From Naegleria gruberi (Eukaryota), in NCBI GenBank assembly GCA_000004985.1, contig GG739626.1: 1,005 nucleotides of DNA; one strand, given 5' to 3'. The notes under the pieces are model-generated. The model saw only the letters and a list, made by a program, of their open reading frames with translations. It had not been told where the DNA came from and did not search any database. This document shows, piece after piece, positions 1 through 1,005 of this stretch (position 1 is the stretch's first letter; the number at the start of each line of letters is the position of its first letter). Both the position numbers and the translations under genes were made by a program.

Positions 1-385
1 AAAAATCTGATAACATGACATGCTTAATTTTAAAATCATGTTCATGGATGGCCTTTTTGGTTTCGTCATGTTGTCCTATCAATTCATCCAAATGAGCTCT
101 TCTGTTTCTAGATCTTTGGGCCACTTGTTTTGGAGATTCTTCGGAACTTTCTTGGATATTATTTCTGTTGGAATATTTAGATTTGTAGTCGTAGGATGAT
201 TTTCTTCCACCTCTTTTTACTTCCTTTTGCTTTTGAAATTCTTTTTGATATTCTTTAAAAGAACGTCCAATTAAATCGGTTGAAAAATTGTTACTTCCGA
301 ATATTCCTAGCTTTAATGGATAACCTTGAAGACTTGATGACACAAGGTAGGGAGAAAAGCTTGTCTTACCAATCAATTTCCTCAT
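1..385 (-). CDS. 5' portion of a protein-coding gene, hypothetical protein. The start codon is the complement of 383-385 and the ORF continues past the window start.
   Basis: On the minus strand, the ATG (complement of 383-385) is the first ATG after an in-frame TGA (complement of 407-409). From that ATG, 128 sense codons run to position 2 with no stop. Hand translation gives MRKLIGKTSFSPYLVSSSLQGYPLKLGIFGSNNFSTDLIGRSFKEYQKEFQKQKEVKRGGRKSSYDYKSKYSNRNNIQESSEESPKQVAQRSRNRRAHLDELIGQHDETKKAIHEHDFKIKHVMLSDF... In sequence that is roughly 65% AT, 128 stop-free codons is very unlikely by chance. I estimate a per-codon stop probability near 0.07, giving p around 1e-4. The start context is A-rich (AAAAAAAATGAGG). 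I do not recognise a homolog from memory. Confidence 0.7.
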   Translation of the reverse strand, partial: MRKLIGKTSFSPYLVSSSLQGYPLKLGIFGSNNFSTDLIGRSFKEYQKEFQKQKEVKRGGRKSSYDYKSKYSNRNNIQESSEESPKQVAQRSRNRRAHLDELIGQHDETKKAIHEHDFKIKHVMLSDF

Positions 386-509
386 TTTTTTAATTTCAAT
401 TTTTATTCAATAATATTTGTGATTGATTGTTCCATTATGCTTGAAACAAAACTGGCGGGAAATAATACCAATCAATACAAAAAAAATAATGTTTATTTAA
501 CCTCGTTTA
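386..509. promoter_or_regulatory. Divergent (bidirectional) intergenic promoter region, 124 bp, between two head-to-head genes.
   Basis: This is the space between the minus-strand ATG (385) and the plus-strand ATG (510). It is about 75% AT, with a T-run at 386-393 and an A-run at 479-486. TATA-like AATAATAT sits around 409-416, and TTAAATAAA is present on the minus strand around 492-500. CCAAT is at 468-472. An isolated GC-rich CTGGCGGG is at 453-460. No ORF of note lies inside it. Confidence 0.5.
422..476. repeat. 8-bp perfect inverted repeat, ATTGATTG (422-429) and CAATCAAT (469-476). The right arm overlaps a CCAAT motif. This is a candidate transcription-factor site pair in the shared promoter.
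   Basis: Direct reading shows g-ATTGATTG-t at 421-430. The reverse complement of 468-477 (ccaatcaata) is tattgattgg. The left arm is itself a tandem (GATT)2. In a 124-bp AT-rich spacer an 8-mer inverted match is only weakly significant, and I expect it to arise by chance a fair fraction of the time. Confidence 0.3.
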
Positions 510-603
510 ATGTCCACCGTAACAGAATCAACAACATCATCTGATATTTTAGCAGGATACAGAGATGAAAGAGAACCTGCCTCAATAAATCCAATAAGAT
601 ACC
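510..603 (+). CDS. Exon 1 of a spliced protein-coding gene, hypothetical protein. It holds the start codon plus 31 codons and 1 nt, so it ends in phase 1.
   Basis: The ATG at 510-512 is preceded by an in-frame TAA at 498-500. Translation gives MSTVTESTTSSDILAGYRDEREPASINPIRY, then C603 which joins c649-t650 to make a Pro codon. Read without splicing, this ORF would stop at TAA 621-623 after only 38 codons. A consensus 5' splice site GTAAGT lies at 604-609, directly after the exon. Confidence 0.6.
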
Positions 604-648
604 GTAAGTCATTGAGAAGTTAATTGTATTGTTCTGAATAATTTGCAG
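604..648 (+). other. Spliceosomal intron, 45 nt, GTAAGT...CAG, phase 1.
   Basis: The 5' splice site GTAAGT is at 604-609. The 3' end is tttgCAG at 642-648. The intron is the local AT maximum (about 29% GC by my count). It carries two in-frame stops, TAA 621-623 and TAA 639-641. Removing it joins the ATG-initiated ORF to the long downstream ORF in the same frame. A possible branch-like TTAAT sits at 620-624 and a weaker CTGAA at 634-638. There is no TACTAAC. Confidence 0.6.
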
Positions 649-1005
649 CTAGTCTCAATAGTTCCCTTCAAGAACGAGCTAAAATAATACAACAAGCTCT
701 GAAATCCGATCATCTCTATTGGACCTTTAAACGAAAAGTAAAATCGGAAATTGCAAAATCAAAATATTCTCTTGATGACGTGAGGAGCAATTTATTTCAG
801 TTCCTTTCTCCAACCTCTTTACCCCCAAGTTTTACTCCCACTAAATCAAAAGGAGAGAAAAATGTTGTTAATCAAATATTGGAACAAGAGGAGTGGGATA
901 TAGAGTTAGATAATGAGATCTTTAAATTAAATATGGAGGCTTCTAGAAATACCAGACTTAGACAAAAGCATGTGCCGTCAACTGAAGGAACAGAAGATGA
1001 AGATA
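649..1005 (+). CDS. Exon 2 of the same spliced gene, hypothetical protein. It is open to the window end, so the 3' end is partial.
   Basis: The frame is open from 642 to 1005 with no stop. The only in-frame ATG in that span is at 933, so the stretch cannot be a stand-alone gene with a normal start. After splicing the sequence reads P-SLNSSLQERAKIIQQALKSDHLYWTFKRKVKSEIAKSKYSLDDVRSNLFQFLSPTSLPPSFTPTKSKGEKNVVNQILEQEEWDIELDNEIFKLNMEASRNTRLRQKHVPSTEGTEDED... Its amino-acid composition is protein-like. It contains SP/TP motifs (SPTS, TPTK) and an acidic C-terminal stretch. Confidence 0.7.

Noticed and set aside
15-101. A plus-strand ATG ORF of 28 codons (ATGACATGC...AAATGA) lying antisense to the minus-strand gene.
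   Set aside because: It is short and sits entirely inside a much longer, well-supported ORF on the opposite strand. Its size is what chance predicts in AT-rich sequence. It has no independent start context or coding signal.
453-460. The GC-rich island CTGGCGGG in an otherwise AT-rich spacer as a specific regulatory element.
   Set aside because: It is a single 8-bp GC patch that matches no motif I can name with confidence. Without conservation data this would be over-interpretation, so I mention it only under the promoter feature.
510-623. Treating 510-623 as a stand-alone unspliced 38-codon small ORF followed by a separate downstream gene.
   Set aside because: The downstream open frame (642-1005, over 120 codons) has no usable start codon before M933. 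It is in the same frame as ATG 510. It is reached exactly by removing a 45-nt segment with consensus splice signals. The spliced model explains all of these at once.
780-800. A candidate tiny intron GTGAGG...TTTATTTCAG (21 nt) inside exon 2.
   Set aside because: 21 nt is below the length of normal spliceosomal introns outside a few ciliates. The segment is a multiple of 3 and contains no stop codon, so the frame gives no evidence for splicing. The encoded residues (VRSNLFQ) look like ordinary protein sequence.
1-1005. Reading the window as prokaryotic or phage sequence carrying a novel defence system or operon.
   Set aside because: There are no Shine-Dalgarno-like motifs ahead of either ATG and no co-directional gene packing. 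The plus-strand coding frame is interrupted by a textbook GTAAGT...CAG intron. The A-rich start contexts and AT-rich spacer look eukaryotic. With only two partial genes in divergent orientation and no recognisable domains, there is nothing that supports a multi-gene system.
1-1005. A scan for tRNA, rRNA, other ncRNA, CRISPR repeats, mobile elements or terminal inverted repeats.
   Set aside because: I found no cloverleaf-compatible segments, no repeated spacer-repeat periodicity and no long direct or inverted repeats. I also found no transposase-like ORF. The only repeats are the 8-bp inverted pair and short homopolymer runs in the spacer.

Overview
This AT-rich 1005-bp window reads as eukaryotic nuclear DNA, probably fungal-like, from a compact genome. 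It holds two divergently transcribed protein-coding genes whose start codons are only 124 bp apart. On the minus strand, an ORF starts at the ATG complementary to 383-385 and runs uninterrupted leftward to the window edge (128 codons, 5' partial view). On the plus strand, an ATG at 510 opens a 94-nt first exon. That exon is followed by a 45-nt GTAAGT...CAG spliceosomal intron (604-648) containing two in-frame stops. The reading frame then continues uninterrupted from 649 to the window end (exon 2, at least 119 codons, 3' partial). The 124-bp intergenic spacer (386-509) is very AT-rich, has A-rich contexts before both ATGs and a CCAAT motif. It also contains an 8-bp inverted repeat, ATTGATTG at 422-429 and CAATCAAT at 469-476. 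I recognise neither protein, so both are called hypothetical. I see no RNA genes, CRISPR arrays, mobile elements or prokaryotic-style operon signals. Nothing here supports a novel multi-gene system. The features worth a second look are the short intron, the unusually tight bidirectional promoter, a minimal in-frame uORF and the composition of the two encoded N-termini.
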